Source: Raillietiella orientalis (taxonomy: Eukaryota). Taken from it: 64,000 nt of DNA. The stretch spans positions 186,001-250,000 of the forward strand of contig JAYWIR010000085.1 of NCBI GenBank assembly GCA_036172245.1, in the 5' to 3' direction. The notes under the pieces are model-generated. The model ran no database searches. It was not told where the DNA came from and saw only the letters and a program-made list of their open reading frames with translations. Made by a program: the position numbers and the translations under genes. This document shows positions 22,674-37,600 of the stretch, piece after piece; the first letter of the stretch is position 1, and each line of letters opens with the position of its first letter.

Positions 22674-25600
22674 GTATGTTGTTTTACTAATTGTTTCCTC
22701 TTCTGTCCTCTGCACCCCTTTCCCTCTTCCCTTCCAGTCGCCCTTCGGGCGCGTCTTTTTCTCGGAGGGAGGAAGCGAGGGTTGCCGCTGGGTGGCTTCT
22801 CGGGCGTCCCGTGCTCGCTCATTCGCCTCGCCGCCAACCTCTTTCGGTGGCACTTGCGCTCCCTCTCCAAACACAGCGAGGCTCTCTTCCTGCTTCAAGC
22901 CGCGCGTTCCTACCACTCTTCTCCCTTTCCCCTCCTTCCTCTCCCTCTCCCTTTTCTCTCCCTCGCCTGGAGGTCGCGCGCTGAATCCCGAGCGTCATTC
23001 CTCTTTCCTTCAAGGCGAACCGGTGCTTCTCGAAGATCCATCCTCGTAGCCGTAGACCTTCGCACTCTCACTTTCCAGAAGACTTTGCGCCAGTCCCCAT
23101 CTTTGGTCTCATGGGAACTCCCTGCGCTCAGCTTCATCTGTAAGAACTTCCGGTTTCGTTTTAAGGAAGCTCCCGGAGTCACCTGAGGTGCCATGTGGGC
23201 CAGAGGAACCCACGAAGGTCTTTCGCTAGGGATTCTTCTGGTTTCTTTCAAGGGAAACTCTCGAATTCATCCGAGACGCCAAATGGGGTTCTGAGGAACC
23301 CCACGAAAGTTCCTCGCTAAGGGTTCTTCGTGCGCGGACCGAACCCGAAGTGAGGAGCAGGGAGCTGCTCGCAGTCATAGTCCCACGGGCGGGAAAGAAG
23401 GGTCGATTGAGGGTGCACTTCGTGCATTTCCCACGGTGCTACCGCACTCGGTACCCCTGATCTCAGCCACTCAACCCCACATCACTCACCCCGCGTCTAA
23501 GAATGGGTGATTCCCGGGTCGAAAGTGAGAGATTTCTGGTAAGTTTGCTTTGGAGGGATCACTCTGGTGAATACGTTCCGGCATCCGTAACGGCGCGCAG
23601 AATCCGTAGCAACGGACGAAGCTGGCCGGAATTCAGCATCCGCAGTTGTAGGAACAAATGAAGGGAGGGGGGGGGGTAAGAAGGGAGGAGGAGATGGAGC
23701 TTTTCTTGCACCAGATTGCTCTTTCGCTTTCGCTACTCTCGGGACCTTGTCTCTCCCCTTTCTCGAAGCCTCTGGGACTTCTTCCATATAGGACGGCACA
23801 CTGTGACGTCTCCGAAGCCCAGAGCGCGACTTCGTGACGTGACGCTCGTTGGTCGCCTTGGGACCACCTGCTGGCGGCTCATGGCTCCGGACTCTTCATT
23901 CCTGCCTCATAGGGGCCTACCGCGAGATGCTCAACGTTCCAATGATCTCGAGACACGTGTCGGTGCCTCAAGGCACTTTCTCGTTTAACGCTTCTGCAAA
24001 CAGGAGAATGGTGGAGTTCGCTGCTGCTGCCTGTGTGTTTCATCAGGGAGCAGTCCTCCTTGCTCACTTTCACTGCGCCAGACTGCCTATTCCTCTCGAA
24101 GCAAATGGCCGGTTCCCAGGACCCGCTCGCCTTGAGAAATAGCAAACACGAAGAAGATAAATCTCACTGTCACGACTGGTCCTTTAGGGAGACTTTGGCT
24201 TTCGCAGTAACGGTCCAGCATGCCCGCAGAACGCTGCGCTTCTTGCGGCGTTGTTTTTCGAGACAGCTTGCTGATTCTTCGCAGGTGATGATCCCGAGCC
24301 AGGGGGATTTCGCGGATCCTCCGGCCGCGGGCGGGAGAGACAGAGCGAACAGTCTCGCTCAGGAAGCAGATCCCAGCGCCTCCGCTTCCCAGCTTTGTGT
24401 TGATCCCCGCTGCTTCGCCCTCTTGAACGAATCTGGAACGTGGTTTCCGCGCATTCCCGAGCTGGTATTGGCCGCGGATGCAAATTCGATCTCTTCGCGT
24501 TTTTTCTTTTTTCTTTGTTTTTGTCCATCCCTGAGTTGAGGTGAGAAGAAAGGAATCCGTTCCAAACCCCTGCATGAGGATCAGAAGGAGAGAGGATCTG
24601 CAAAAGGGAGGAAGGTCATCAGGCTCCTTCGATGGACGGTTCTATGATTTCCTTCAGTTCCAACGGAGGCTTTGCTCGGGAACACTCAAGAGCAGCAAAC
24701 CTCCCCCTCTATCGATGGGACCCTGACGACGGTCCATTCGAGCTCCGAAGGAACTCCTGGAAAACCTCCTTTATTCAAAATCCCTTTTTTTCCTTGCTGA
24801 ATTCTGGCTGCCCATCTCCTTGAAATGTTACCAAACGTGTTGACCTTGTTCTTGAAAGAATGGGAATGGTTGCATGATGCCTTTGAAGTCTCGCATGAAG
24901 TTAACGAGAATTTATGCAGATGACCTGCAGAGCTCCTTCAGGAAGCTCTTCGGCCATTTCTAGCTACTGATACACCCGTTCTCTCCTTTTCTTCTGGCCA
25001 TCAAACAGTTCGCAAACAGCAGTTTAGATCTTGTGTTTCCTTTACAATGACCTGAGATCGTTCTTTCGACAATACCTTTCCCTATATGGGTGAAGCTGCC
25101 ACGGTATACTTCACTTTGGCTGCCAAAGTCTTCTCATCCCCTGTGAGGAAGGCATTCCGTAAATGCAGGTGTCTTAAGTGTTCTCGTTTCCGTGGATTCC
25201 GGTGGTATCGAATGGTTCCTTCCAGAAATTCAGCCTGCCGACTGCGGCCTTCGGTGAAATTCGTGCGCAGCGCACGGATCTCCTGTTGCCACGAATCGTT
25301 TCTTTGATTTCCTCGTCTTGCCTAAAGTGCCTGACAAAACATTCGCGGGGGGTGTACAGTTTCCTTCCATGAACTCCTGGGCTCTTGCTGGGGAGTGCAC
25401 GCACTGCCATCCTTTTCCTGCTCGAGTACAAAAGAAAAAAGCTTTCTTGCACCCTTCCCTCGTGCATCTTCTTACAATAATCAGTCATTTATCCTTCCAG
25501 AGCTTCTTCTGACGACATTTTGTCCAGGAGGAGCATCTTCAGCCGTCGCTACTATGGTTCCGTCGAAGCGGTAAGTGATTGGAAGCGACCGATGAATGGA

Positions 25601-28600
25601 GGTTCGTGTCAAACGGTGTTCGAGCTGTGTATTGCACGATCGAAGGCGGACGCAGAATCCTCGATCGAGAAAGCGATTGACTCACCTTTCTGTATCAGTG
25701 GAAATTAAGATGAACTTTAGAGAACTTTGCAATCCATTGGTGTCCCTTTGATAAGACTCTGTTATCCCAAAACTGCAGGGATCGTCCGGGGAATTCCATA
25801 TCCCTGAAGATCTGCCTATGGACCGGGAGAGTCGTGTAGGAGCTGAAAGAACAGCATTCGGGCGTCACAATCAACGAGCGCGCCACAAGGGCATCGCTAC
25901 TGCCAGGAGCACGCCGCTGAGTGAACTGCACTTCTCCACGCGATGTGGAGAAGAGAGACATGGAGTCGAATTATGGATAAGCCGAAGAGATCCATCCTGG
26001 TTTTGATCAAGCGACCAACCTGAATTTTCTACCACGCAATTTGTTATACCGGCCAGCAGAAAAAAATCGCCTCTTTCACAAGATTGGTTTCAGGATGGTC
26101 ATCTCTACAGAAGTCTTTCTATTCACTCGTTGCCATCCGAGCACCTTACCCTCCTCTCCTGCCTCGTGATTGTCCCAAGGAGAAGTTTCATGTTCCAGTT
26201 TTATCCTCAGATACCATTCAGCCATAGCAGAGGACAGATGAGAATCTACTGACCGTCCGATCTCAAGGGCACGCTCTTCTTGAGAGAACAGATCATGGAC
26301 CAAAGAAATGCTTCGGGTCTTATTACCTAGACGTACTTTAAAAGAGATGGATTATAACTTTTAATTAGAAAAGGGAAAAATGAAAGAATCAGAGATGAGA
26401 AGCGGTTCCTGAATTCACTCTATCGTCTCACGCAAGCGTGGTCTCTGATAAGAAAGAATCTCCATTTCACTCTGCGTTTCTAGAAGGATGAGGACATTTT
26501 CCTGCGTTTATCTGTCCCTAACTTTGGACATTTCATCTGCAACTTTCCGCGAAACCTCCTCTCACTTTGGGAAAACTCCATGAGGGAACTGCAAGTAGGA
26601 GGTTAGCTCTCTTGCCAGTGTAGTTCCTTCTCACTGGGAGCAACGCAGCGATGGGAACTAAACAGAACCTGTTGATTGAATCCTCAATTCCGGCTCTCTC
26701 CCACAACTGTCCTTCAACCGCGCAAGTTTGTTCCTTGAAATGCATCTTCTTTGTAGTTTTCTCAAACTGCTCCTTCCCTTCTTCGGTTACAGTTTTTCAT
26801 TTTTGCTCTTTGCTGTGTGATGGAACACTGCCGTCCTCACATTTAGAATTGCAGTTTGGTCTGCGGGTTATCAAGATAAGGGTGCCTTCGAGCCTTCAAA
26901 GACATTTTTCCAACATCTTCGTTATGTAGGCTATTAGAAAGTTTGTGCTACTTCCTCGATCTCGTTCCCTCTGTCTCGGAAGGAAAATCCCTTCTCAAAA
27001 TACTACATGGAATCAGTTTTCGAGATTCTCAGTTGCTCTTCGTATGTTCGGTGCACTGAGCTGAGTAAACATCCGTCTTAAAAGGATAAAGAACGAGGAA
27101 AGAGCTTCGGAATTTATTTTTTTTTCGCTTCTCACATCAGTCTCTATCCTGATTCCACGGCTTCCTCCCAGGACGACGTGCATATCCACCAGAACGATAT
27201 GACAAAAGGAAATTCCTCAGCTTTGTGTTCACAACTGGGATGAAAGACCTCAAAACTGGGAGACGACCTTTGCGACTTTCAGTGACACAGTGTTTCATAT
27301 GGGGGGAGGTGATTTCATTCCTAGTGGCGCCTGCTTTAAGAGAACGTTTTCTGAAACCTCGTGAAGAGATGAAGGAGACAGGGAGAAAGAGATGAAGACG
27401 GAATATGAACTTGCCCATTCTTCTGAAGCTCGCAAACCATCCTGCAGTTTTTCTAATGTCTCTCTCTTAAGATGGACATAGGGGCTGGAAGGCACAAATT
27501 GTTATATGAAGTCGTGTCTGACCAGGTGCAGAGGTTGCTGAACCAGAAGATGGATGTGTCACTGAAGAATCATCTCTGTGCACTTGTGCTAGGAACTGGA
27601 ATTCTGTTTCCATCATTTTGCTGAAGCTTAGTAAACTAACAGCTTTCATAGAGATGGTTCACTTGATCGAACGATGTTTGCAACTCATGCGAAGGAAACC
27701 GAAGCTCTGAGAATTGCACGAGAGAAAAAGGGTGACTTCCATCTCTCCAATCAAGGATTTTGCAGATGTACCACAGTGATATCTGGCTTTCTATTAACAA
27801 AAGAATGAGAAAAAAATGGGCAGAGAGAGGAAAGAATCACCAGGCAATGGACCTCAAACAGTTAAAATAACAAGAAGAAGATGAGAGAAATAAACCTGAA
27901 AATTACAGAAACGGGATCTGAAAACTGCATCTTTTGAGTCTCAACGAGTGTTCCCTGTCCCTGTCCCTGGATTTCTTCCGGTTACGAAACGGCATACAGC
28001 TTCTGATGAGTAGTGCTGTGTTATTGTAGCTTTCATGATGCACGTACGTGCGACTCATATCATCACCAGGACGACGAAGGAATTTCGCTCACGGCTTTCC
28101 AAACGCAGACTCGAAGCTTGCACAAACCTGGAATCCTGAGTGCATTGAAGAAACTCTCCACAGCTCTCAAAAGGCAGTTGAGGAAAAGGTGAACTGCTAT
28201 CACATTTCCTGATGGTAATGTGAGAGCATCCGATCACCAGGGGTCAGCTTAACTTCTGCTTCTTAATTTCACGAGAAACAGACTGGAATGTGACAACATG
28301 GTAGATGAAGCATTCCTGCTGCTACCACTGTAGCTGGTTGTTTCCTGCACTGGATCTAGCACGGTCTGGTTGCTTCTTGCACGGTTGATCGCATGCAATT
28401 TCTTCCTCTAAACCACGAATGGACTCATTCTTAGACTAAACCCGAGAAAGAAAGATCCCTTCGAAAAGTAGACACCTAGTTGTATCAAGACGTACACTTA
28501 AGAAACGACATTAAGAAAAGCGTGCTCGAAATCGAGCGTCATCATCTACACGGAATTGCATCCTGTGACTATTTTCATCGTGGAGCATTCGAGCTCAAAA

Positions 28601-31600
28601 AGTCTGGATCTGTCTCTGGATCAAGATGTGCGATCTGGGATCGAGTTGCCCGACACCTTGCGTGTGTTTAGTTTTTGGAAGATCGGGATGCTCTGAACAT
28701 TTGGCTGATCTTTGACAAAGAAAGATGATGGGATAAAGCAAGCGGATGGAGGGATGAGAGGAAGACGTTGGATTGCGAATGTCGATGGAGAAAAATCGTC
28801 TCAGCATAAATCACAAATGATTTTTTTTTTAGATAAAACACGTCAGCAGCAGTGACAATGATGACTGTTCAAAGCAGGTGTTTCGTGTTGAGAACGGTGA
28901 AAATCTTACGGATAATAAAGAGGTAGGAAACTGCGACAGACAGTTCTAATTGACGAGAATATGACGGAATTGTATCTGCGGGCATATCGGGTGCAATTGC
29001 TCTTCGTCACTTGGGGTTCTCCGTAAAACGGCGCTTTACGAACTGATTTTTAAATAGTGCCTCGTGAATTTCCTTCCTTAGCTCTTTCTGCTGGAAACGC
29101 TCCAAAGACTACTTGGTACAAAAAAACTGAAGACAGAATTTGAAAAAAACATGATAATAGAAAAGATAATCTGAAACCGCGCTCTCATTTGAGATTGCGT
29201 CCTGCTCCCTTAAAGACAGATTCGTAGGCTATGATGACTTCTCTGCAACACGGGTCCCATAGGGCGTCTCGCGGAGAAGTGCTCCTTGAAATCCCCTTAT
29301 TTTCACCTGAAAAAGTGGAAATAACAGTCTCTTTGATCCGTAACCCCTTAGTGCTATGCAAAATAATAATAAAGCAGTTTCCGGTCTTCTGCTCACAATT
29401 AAGAAAGAATGTGCTTCACTGCTGAACAGCGCTGGTGCACCCCACTTGCGAGGTACCGGGAAAGGAGTCGATGTTCCAGGTCACTTTTACAATCGTTGGG
29501 CTTATAACTTTTCAGGATGGCTTCTTCTTTGTATCTGTTTTGTCCATCATCCCTGGGTTTGAATGCGTATCCGCAGGCGTACCTTCCGAAGACGTAGCGG
29601 CTTTGGAACGGCAAGCTTAGAATTTATGGAATCTGCGATCGTAGCATTGGAAGAAGGAATCAACTCCGCTGAATCTGGGAAAATCGTGATATCCATTCAG
29701 ACGATTTCCAAATCCTGGTCTGTTTCCGTTGTTTCTACAAATGAAGCAGATCAGCGGTTCCATCCGATTTCTGCGAATTCGGGAAAGCAAGAGCGAAAAT
29801 TGGGCCAGTGGAAGCCGAGATGCATTGGAATGTCAGCCAAATTTCAGCCAACTGACCCGAATAGCACCAAAAAATAGGTGTGAAAAGGCTGAGAGAATGC
29901 GAGGTCATGAGTGACCTAGCATCTATGAGGACGGCGATCACAGGGCACATCACATGATGCTTTGGCAGATTTCGTATTTGGGAATTTTGAAAATTTCGAT
30001 TTCCGGAGAAGTGGTTTCCCGGAAAGGGGGATGAAACCTTCAGCCTCAGCCCTGGAGCTTACCGCTAGAAAGAGTACAGTAAACGCCTCTCAGAATGGCA
30101 TCCACTGGATTCAGAGCAGGTGCACTTTGTGAAGCAAGCTAGAAAGCATTTCCATGTCGCGGGAAATGTTTCCTGACACTAGTAGCCCAGTGGAGTCCAA
30201 GGGACGGATAACGAATAAGGAAAAAGCAGCCCAAAAGTTTTCACCATTTAATGTGTAATCAGAAGGCGTGACTTCAGAAGTTTTTTGAATGAAGTTTTAA
30301 GGTTGCCAAAGGCAGATTATTTGCTGCGAGAGCCCGGAATCCGACTTGGAGCCCTAGGGATTTTCGAATCGTAGCAAAACTGGATATGTAGATACAAATG
30401 CACTGGACAAAACACGAATCTTCTTATTTGCTCCCTTCCTTACATCATGGCACAGTCGATCGATTTTTCCTTACTTTGCTGAAGGATGAAGCGAATGCCA
30501 GAGCGACGGAGCGACTGCAGTAAGAATCTACGAAACAAGATAGAACGAAAACGGCTGGAGGTTTTTCCGAAAGTGGCGCATGTTGAATCTCCACTCCTGA
30601 AGATCAGGCGAGAGAGTTCCCTCCAGGAAACAAAGTGGTGGCTGCTCAGTAGTGAATGCTGGAGAACGCAGCACAGCTCCACGTTTTGTCACGTACAACC
30701 ACTTTACTTGATAGGAGGCAAAAGTATTCCGCGTTGCATTGCGAATCATACAAGGGATTACGTCACTTGGTTGAAGCTATGTGTTTCTCGGGGTCACGCT
30801 AATTCAAAAGACAGAATGTGGTAGTAGTTGACTCAGTAATCGAAAATGAATGGATGCAGCTCAGATGAAATACTGGCTTGACATGAACCTATGTATGTCG
30901 CTAACATATCAATCCGCTGGCTTACAGTGAAGAGGACCTGCTAGAGAATAGAGTTGACCTCTCCTTGTGCTGTTTGTCTTCGGAGGGAATCGCACGTTTC
31001 CAAAACAGTTGGAAATCATTATCTTCAGTGCAGTCACATTGACCTGGGACTGTGAAAAAAAGTTCTGATGTCATTCTGCATAAGGAAATCAAGGGCAGGT
31101 CACTACTGACTTTCGGCGAGATTGAAAGAAGGTGGACGCAAGACGGAATGGCAATTATTTCAGTCCACTTTTCGAGGTGTGGAAAATTCATTAAAAAAAT
31201 GAATCAGGGACGTTTACGAGTAGGTAACGATCAAGTATCAGCAAAGGATCGAATCGATTCGAGGAGTGAGGCCTCTTTTTTAGGAATCTGCGGCTGTCTG
31301 TCCGAGAAAGTCGCCACCGAAGCTCGAACATCAGTTCCCGGTAGGCATAACCTCAGAGTCAAGACTTCCAAATCATCACCCCTCCCGTTTTTCGTCTTCG
31401 ATCAGCAGTCTTTCATTGCGAGCTCAAGAGCATTTTTATAAAAAGCAGGTCATTTAGAGCGTTGCAATTGCCAATCTCCTCCAAGGAGTGAGCATTCAGC
31501 TGTTATTCGGGCAGGAAATTCCGTTCACATCCTTCCAGCCATATTCCGTGACTCACATTACTTTTCATCCCTTCTAATGGAGCTTCCATGACGATCATGA

Positions 31601-34600
31601 TCTCAAGAATCTGGGACTTCTACCTAAAGCAAAGAGCTAAGGAGCTTCTCGGATCCGTGGTGCGTACGTGATCTCCGAACCAGCATTTGGAATGCCCTCT
31701 CGTCTCACGAGGCAGTGATGCACAATTTGGGATGCCAGCTCTTGATTTTCATTGCACGCTCTGTTTAGGTTTTCCTGACAGGGATCTCGGGATTCCCACT
31801 TCTCCTCTTCCTCGCCAGAAACACTTCGTGTGCTCTTCATCGTATACGGAAGTGCATGCGTACAAATCAGTAAGTTGCGTCTCGAGCCCCCACCATGGAT
31901 GAATGCCGCAGTTGTTGATACCAGCATACAGGAAAAGAGGGAAAGAGAGAGGAGGGGGAGAGATGCTTCTGGGACGGTTCTTTTTGATGAACGGAGTTCC
32001 GCTTCCTACTATTGTACGGATCGATAGTAGGTCGGATGGAGAACAAGACCTGAATCAGCAGAAACGGATCCTCGAGCAGAGAAAGGATGCAGTGCGGTTG
32101 CGAGCGCATCCGGTGCTTCCTACTCATATTAGCCACAAGTCTCTGAAAGAGAGGCTCGTTCTGAGGCCACTTTGCGCGAGGAGGGCTATGCAGTGTGGTT
32201 ATTTGGGCTGAGCGACAGCATCTCCTTGAGCAGCACTGCGCCCCGCACCTAACCCGATCGAGGAACACCGCGAATGACAAGGTGCACCTGAAGAACCAGA
32301 AACGAAAATGAAGTTATAGCCCGACGGTTGGGTCGCTGATTGCTAACAGCCAGGGTTTGTTTGCGCATCCGTGAAAGACAAACACTGAGACATCAGGATC
32401 TCCAGATTAGAAGAGTCCACACTGCAAACAAAAGATCGAGGGCGAAATCGAGCCGTAAAAAACGAGGCAGGTGTGCCGATCAATTTATCTGTGAAGATAA
32501 ATGGGGCGTGAGATGCCGGGCTTGTTGCAGATCTGATCTTGTTGCGAAAAAGGAAAAAGCCTATTTTTATTCACAAACAACGCGGTCGCGAATTCGTCTT
32601 TTGAAATTTTGTATTTATTAATCTTTCACTCTTGATTTCTTTTTGTTTGTTTTTTTTAACCGGTGTTCTTTCTAGTGTTGTGAGCGCCATGACTCGCAAT
32701 GCTCTGAGCTGAAGAGAAAATACATATTGAATATACGTGTGTGCATATGCACTCACCTTACATTTGGTATCTTACATTTGTTTTTTTAGTCCTTCAGTTC
32801 GCCGGGAACACCTGTCATTGAAAATCCAGAATACCAAACAAGATGGTACTTCAAGCATTTCCTTGGAAACTGTAAGTAAATCCAGTGCATCTCTCGTGAA
32901 GAACGGATGGAGTTTGGTTGATGGCCGAGAGGCAACAGACGGCTTGAAAGAGTCCAGGAGCGATTCTTTTGAGGAATTTAGTCCTTAAAGGGATGGCGTC
33001 GCTCGGCGCGCTTCAAGAGCATTCGCAGAAGGAAGCTCCATGTGTAACGAGAACCACATCTCGCGTCGAAAACACAGGCCGCAGTCAATGACGTAACACT
33101 TGTTCCTCTGTGGGCGGATTGGCAAACAGTTGGCGCTCGCGATTCGGGTGAACAATTTGGCTGTCGAGAGTCGCCGTCCGTACAGGACCGGACGATCCGC
33201 GAAGGTACATCGGGCGCGCGCGATACTATCCCGTGCTGTTCGCTACGCTGCAAGGAGTCCCTTCGGCCAGCAAAACAGTTCATTACGCTTTCCCCCCCTC
33301 CCCCCCTGCCCTTCTCCCCTCCCCCTGCCCCCCATCCCTCTCGTGGACTCGAAAGGTAACCCAAATCGCGGAGCACTGACGGAAGAGCATTTTCATAATT
33401 GCTTTCATAATTGCTCTTGTCGCTAAGCCACCAGACTCTCGCTGGTCTGCCGAACAGCTAATGCTCGTCCAGCTGAATCTCCGAACAGGGAACGCGGATA
33501 GGGCAGCAGTCGGCATGCTGATGCTGCCCATCCCTGCGGAGGCGAAGTTTCCGAGACGGATACAGAGGGAACCTCGCTCATTCCCTGACGAATCTGATGA
33601 TGCCAAAGCTCAGGACGCACTTCTTCGCGCGCGATGAATAAACCATCTAAATATGAGACAAATTGCTTTTGCTGCTTTATCCGATCCTGTTAGACATGAA
33701 GATGGATTACTTTTCCCGTTCACGATGAAGCAACGATAAATATCAACATAAACATCTATCAAAATAATACCGAATATTTCCCTTTTTTTGTATTTCGTAG
33801 ATGATGGATAGATGGGGGGGAGGAGTGGGGAGGGCCATTCCCGCATGCTTGCATGAAACAGTGGACGACTCCCTGAGGTGTCTCGTTCAAAGACATTTTT
33901 CAGCAGGATGGCTGCTGTGAGCATGGTGGTTCTCATCTGTAAGCCCTAAGAACTTGGCGTGGTCTTCAAGCCTCTTTCGAATTTAAGAGGAACTTCCGTG
34001 GCAAAGTTCAGCGAAAATGCGTGCGAACTTTTTCGACTTCATCGAAATGGGATCGCATATCAGAAGTGCTGTGAGGCGAAGCGATCTTCCCGTTGGCCCA
34101 GCGTGCAGCATGCGGAGTTTGCTGGAAGTTTCCTCGCACCTCGATGCACTTGTTCATTTTTTTTAAAATTCCTGTTAGGCGCTACATCTCTCTTATTTCT
34201 GTTTGCTGCAGTTTGGGGGAACTCGATCAAGTACCCCGAAGGCCGCTGGGAAGCGTCAAGATTAATCGCGTCCGCATGAATCCGATCCCTCACAGCGCTT
34301 CTGAAAAGTCGTTCCCGTATCGCACATGTTGAATGACACTAGTGAGTTGTTTATGTTTTAGTGCATGAGAATTACATCGGTGTGGATGCAGATCATGAAC
34401 CTTTCTTCTTATCTGTGATAGTATCTGCAACTACTGGGAATACGCATCAAATTCGGGCCATCCTATGGAGAAAAACGGTAAGAAGGAATACTTCGTATCA
34501 TTTCTACCGAATCTTTAGATTCTCGTCCTTCGACGCACTTTCGATCGCACTGAATCACACGGTTTTCGATACACGCCCGTGTACTCCATAAGATACACCA

Positions 34601-37600
34601 AATCACGATGCTGAACCACGCGTATATGTACACATTCGTTTCTGTTCATACATCTTGGATTTCACGCCTACCGCCATATGCATTTGGAATTATACACATT
34701 TGCTCGCTTTCCCTGTGAAAGGAGACTGAAACGAGAATGCTCATGGTCTTCAAGAGAAGATCCTTCAAGGTGTTCGATGTAGGAAAAGGAATGAGTTTCA
34801 TTTGACGCTAAACTCGCAACTACAGAACCACCGGACATAATCTCAGATGCAACTTTTATACAGAGCGTCCGAGTTCTCTCTCAGCTCTTGGACGCTGGAC
34901 CCGATGAGTTAATGCTTGGCAATCAGATACGGATCAACTGTGGTAGTTGTCAGTGGATTGCCAGGATGTACTCGCAGTTGCGCACAGTGACCCTGTCTCT
35001 TCCAAGCCAGGAAACAGTCGGATGCCACTCATTGATTTAGACTAAGTTCTCAAATGGATGTACCTGTAGGGATCACTGAACACCGAAGTGATCAGTAACG
35101 CTTGAAAGCACAACTTCGGACTTTGATGGTGGGAAGCTGTGGCGACCGAGAGGAATTCGCCGGCGCTAAAGTCATTCTTCTTCACAGGTTTGATTTGACT
35201 TTCGCAAGTGGGTCAGTGGGTTAGGGGTCAGCCAACAGATTTTTTTTTTTTTTTGTCCCCACAATTTATCTGATTTGACCACCTGGTATCATGAAGCTGA
35301 GTCTCCTGGAAATAGTGAATGACATTGAACACATGCACGAAGTGCATCCTCTCTGGTTGAACATTGGAACACGAAACAAAATAGAAAATCCGGCTTCCTG
35401 ACCAACGTGACCTACCTGTTGACTTTGTGCCAAACTGGTAAAGGCAGATTCCGGTGAGTTTGCGTCAGCTCCAAAGAAGATGGGACTGAGAGGACGAAAT
35501 CGAATCTATCTCCTCCTCCCTACTGAAACCCTATTTCCATAAGTGCACATCCGGGTGAGAAAGCGACTGTTTCTGTATTAGTCGGAATCTCAGTAATTCA
35601 AGATGCCTTCGTCCAGTTTTGTTCCTGGTTCCGTCGCTTTCTTCTCGTGGAGTTGTCTGTTTCTTCTCCCGATGCCCTCCCGGCGTATTTGCGTTTACGG
35701 GGCCCCTCTGAACTTGTTCAGAGGGGCCTCCTAAAGGCAAACACGGGGGAAGATGGGTTAACTGGTCCTTAGCCAATATTCATGGAGATTTTTCCTGGAA
35801 ACCACAGGGGGTTTCATGAGCCTTCGAGTCGCCTGTGTTCGAAGTTTCAACCTTTTCGTAAACTGCCTCCTGAACTGAACGCCCTTGAGAATTCATCCTG
35901 GCTGACCTTGAAAAACTTTTATTGGAGAACGCCACTCGATTCCATTGGTGATTTACTCATCATCAGCTTCGACGCATCGGGTCACTTGAACATCCAGCGA
36001 GTGCGTGTGGAACACACATATCCGTTCACACACACCTCTGCGGCTGTTTTTCGAAAGTAACTGGGAAAACAAATCTACATTCCCTCTTTCATCCAAAATC
36101 CCTCTTTTGTTTCTCGTGAGAACAGCCTTTACATCTGGTGCACACAAAGATATGCAAAGAGCGGGAAATGTATAAGAAATACATCAGCATCACCTTGCTT
36201 CCGTTGTATCCTGATCGATAGATCCAAAACATCTTCGATCTTGAATTTGTCCCCCTTTCGCCACAATTTATTCTAAAGACCTTTTATAATGAGAAAAATA
36301 ATTATTATTATTAGCTTCTGTATATAACGGGCACTTTGTTTCAGGGAGCACAGAAAATATGCCTGTCTTTATCAGCTACCAAAGGGATAAGTCTGAAAAG
36401 CATCATGAGGTCAGTGTCAGGTGGTTTCGTACGTGGATTTATCTATGTTGGAGCGTGTGATTTCCGTGTGTGATATGAGAATCCAGAGAATCTCCCCTAT
36501 ATTTCCACTTGCCATGCTGTCCTGTCTGTATCCTGTTTTTGAACGCTTCCTGGAACATCCTGAAACATCGCCCAGTGCTTCCGGCTAGCATCCGCTCGTG
36601 ACCTACGGCCCGGTGGCTAACGATCTTCTGAAAGCAGATATTCATCTTTCCGCGGACCACGGAATTCGAGAAGGGGGCGGGACACCCCGGTTCTCATGCT
36701 CGGCTTTCAGATGGGTGGTCGTCTGCCTCACGATGCCGCTAGTTCCTGCTGGTTTCTTCGAGACGTTCACTTCCAGAGAAACCTCTTGCCTCTAGGAGAT
36801 TGAATATCAGAGCATCAGAGCGTGTCACTGACAACTGTTCGTGACTTAGGGAGCTCAGCCTGTTTCTGACGCCCATCTGGCATCCTGGCAACACAAAGAA
36901 CTCCACGACGTTAGATATTTTCTCATTGGCGTAGTAGATGCACTCTCTGGGGATTCGCCATCAATTTCCACCATCTCGCCGTCCCGTAGGAAGCTCTCTG
37001 ACAGCTGCTCTCCGGAATGAGCACCATCGTTTTCTGGAGGCCTGGCTATGCTGGATGTTGGTTGGTCCACACCATTTTCTTCTGGGTGCTTTCTTCTGCC
37101 TTTTCCCCGGGGTTGAGTTTTGCGTGCACCCCGAGGCTCTTCGGCTCTTGGGCTCCTAGAGGCCCTACTAGCACTCTCAGTGAAAACTGGTTCTCATCCT
37201 CCGGATAAGAGGAGGGATGATTTCTCATGCTTCGTTTCCTTTGTTGCTGGCAAGCTTTTTCAAGCATGGACCGGGTTCTTATGCGAGCAGGAGATGTTGT
37301 GCAGGATCGTTGTTCTGGAACACCGGATCCCATCTGAATCTCGAGTCGTCCTCCTGTGACAGGCCGGTTTGAAGCGAACATCTTCCATCTTCAAACAATT
37401 AAATTTTTCTCATTTCCACTCGCACAAATTTCTGGGCCTTTATTTTCTCCCTGGGTCACTTCTCCGATAGAGTTGATGAAGCGTAAACGCTCATGTCCCT
37501 CGGTAGAGAAGATGAAACTTCGCAACTAACTGAGGATGGACGTGAACGGCTCTTCATGTCGAGCACCTCTTTGCACATCCAGCTGGCGCCACTTTTTGTA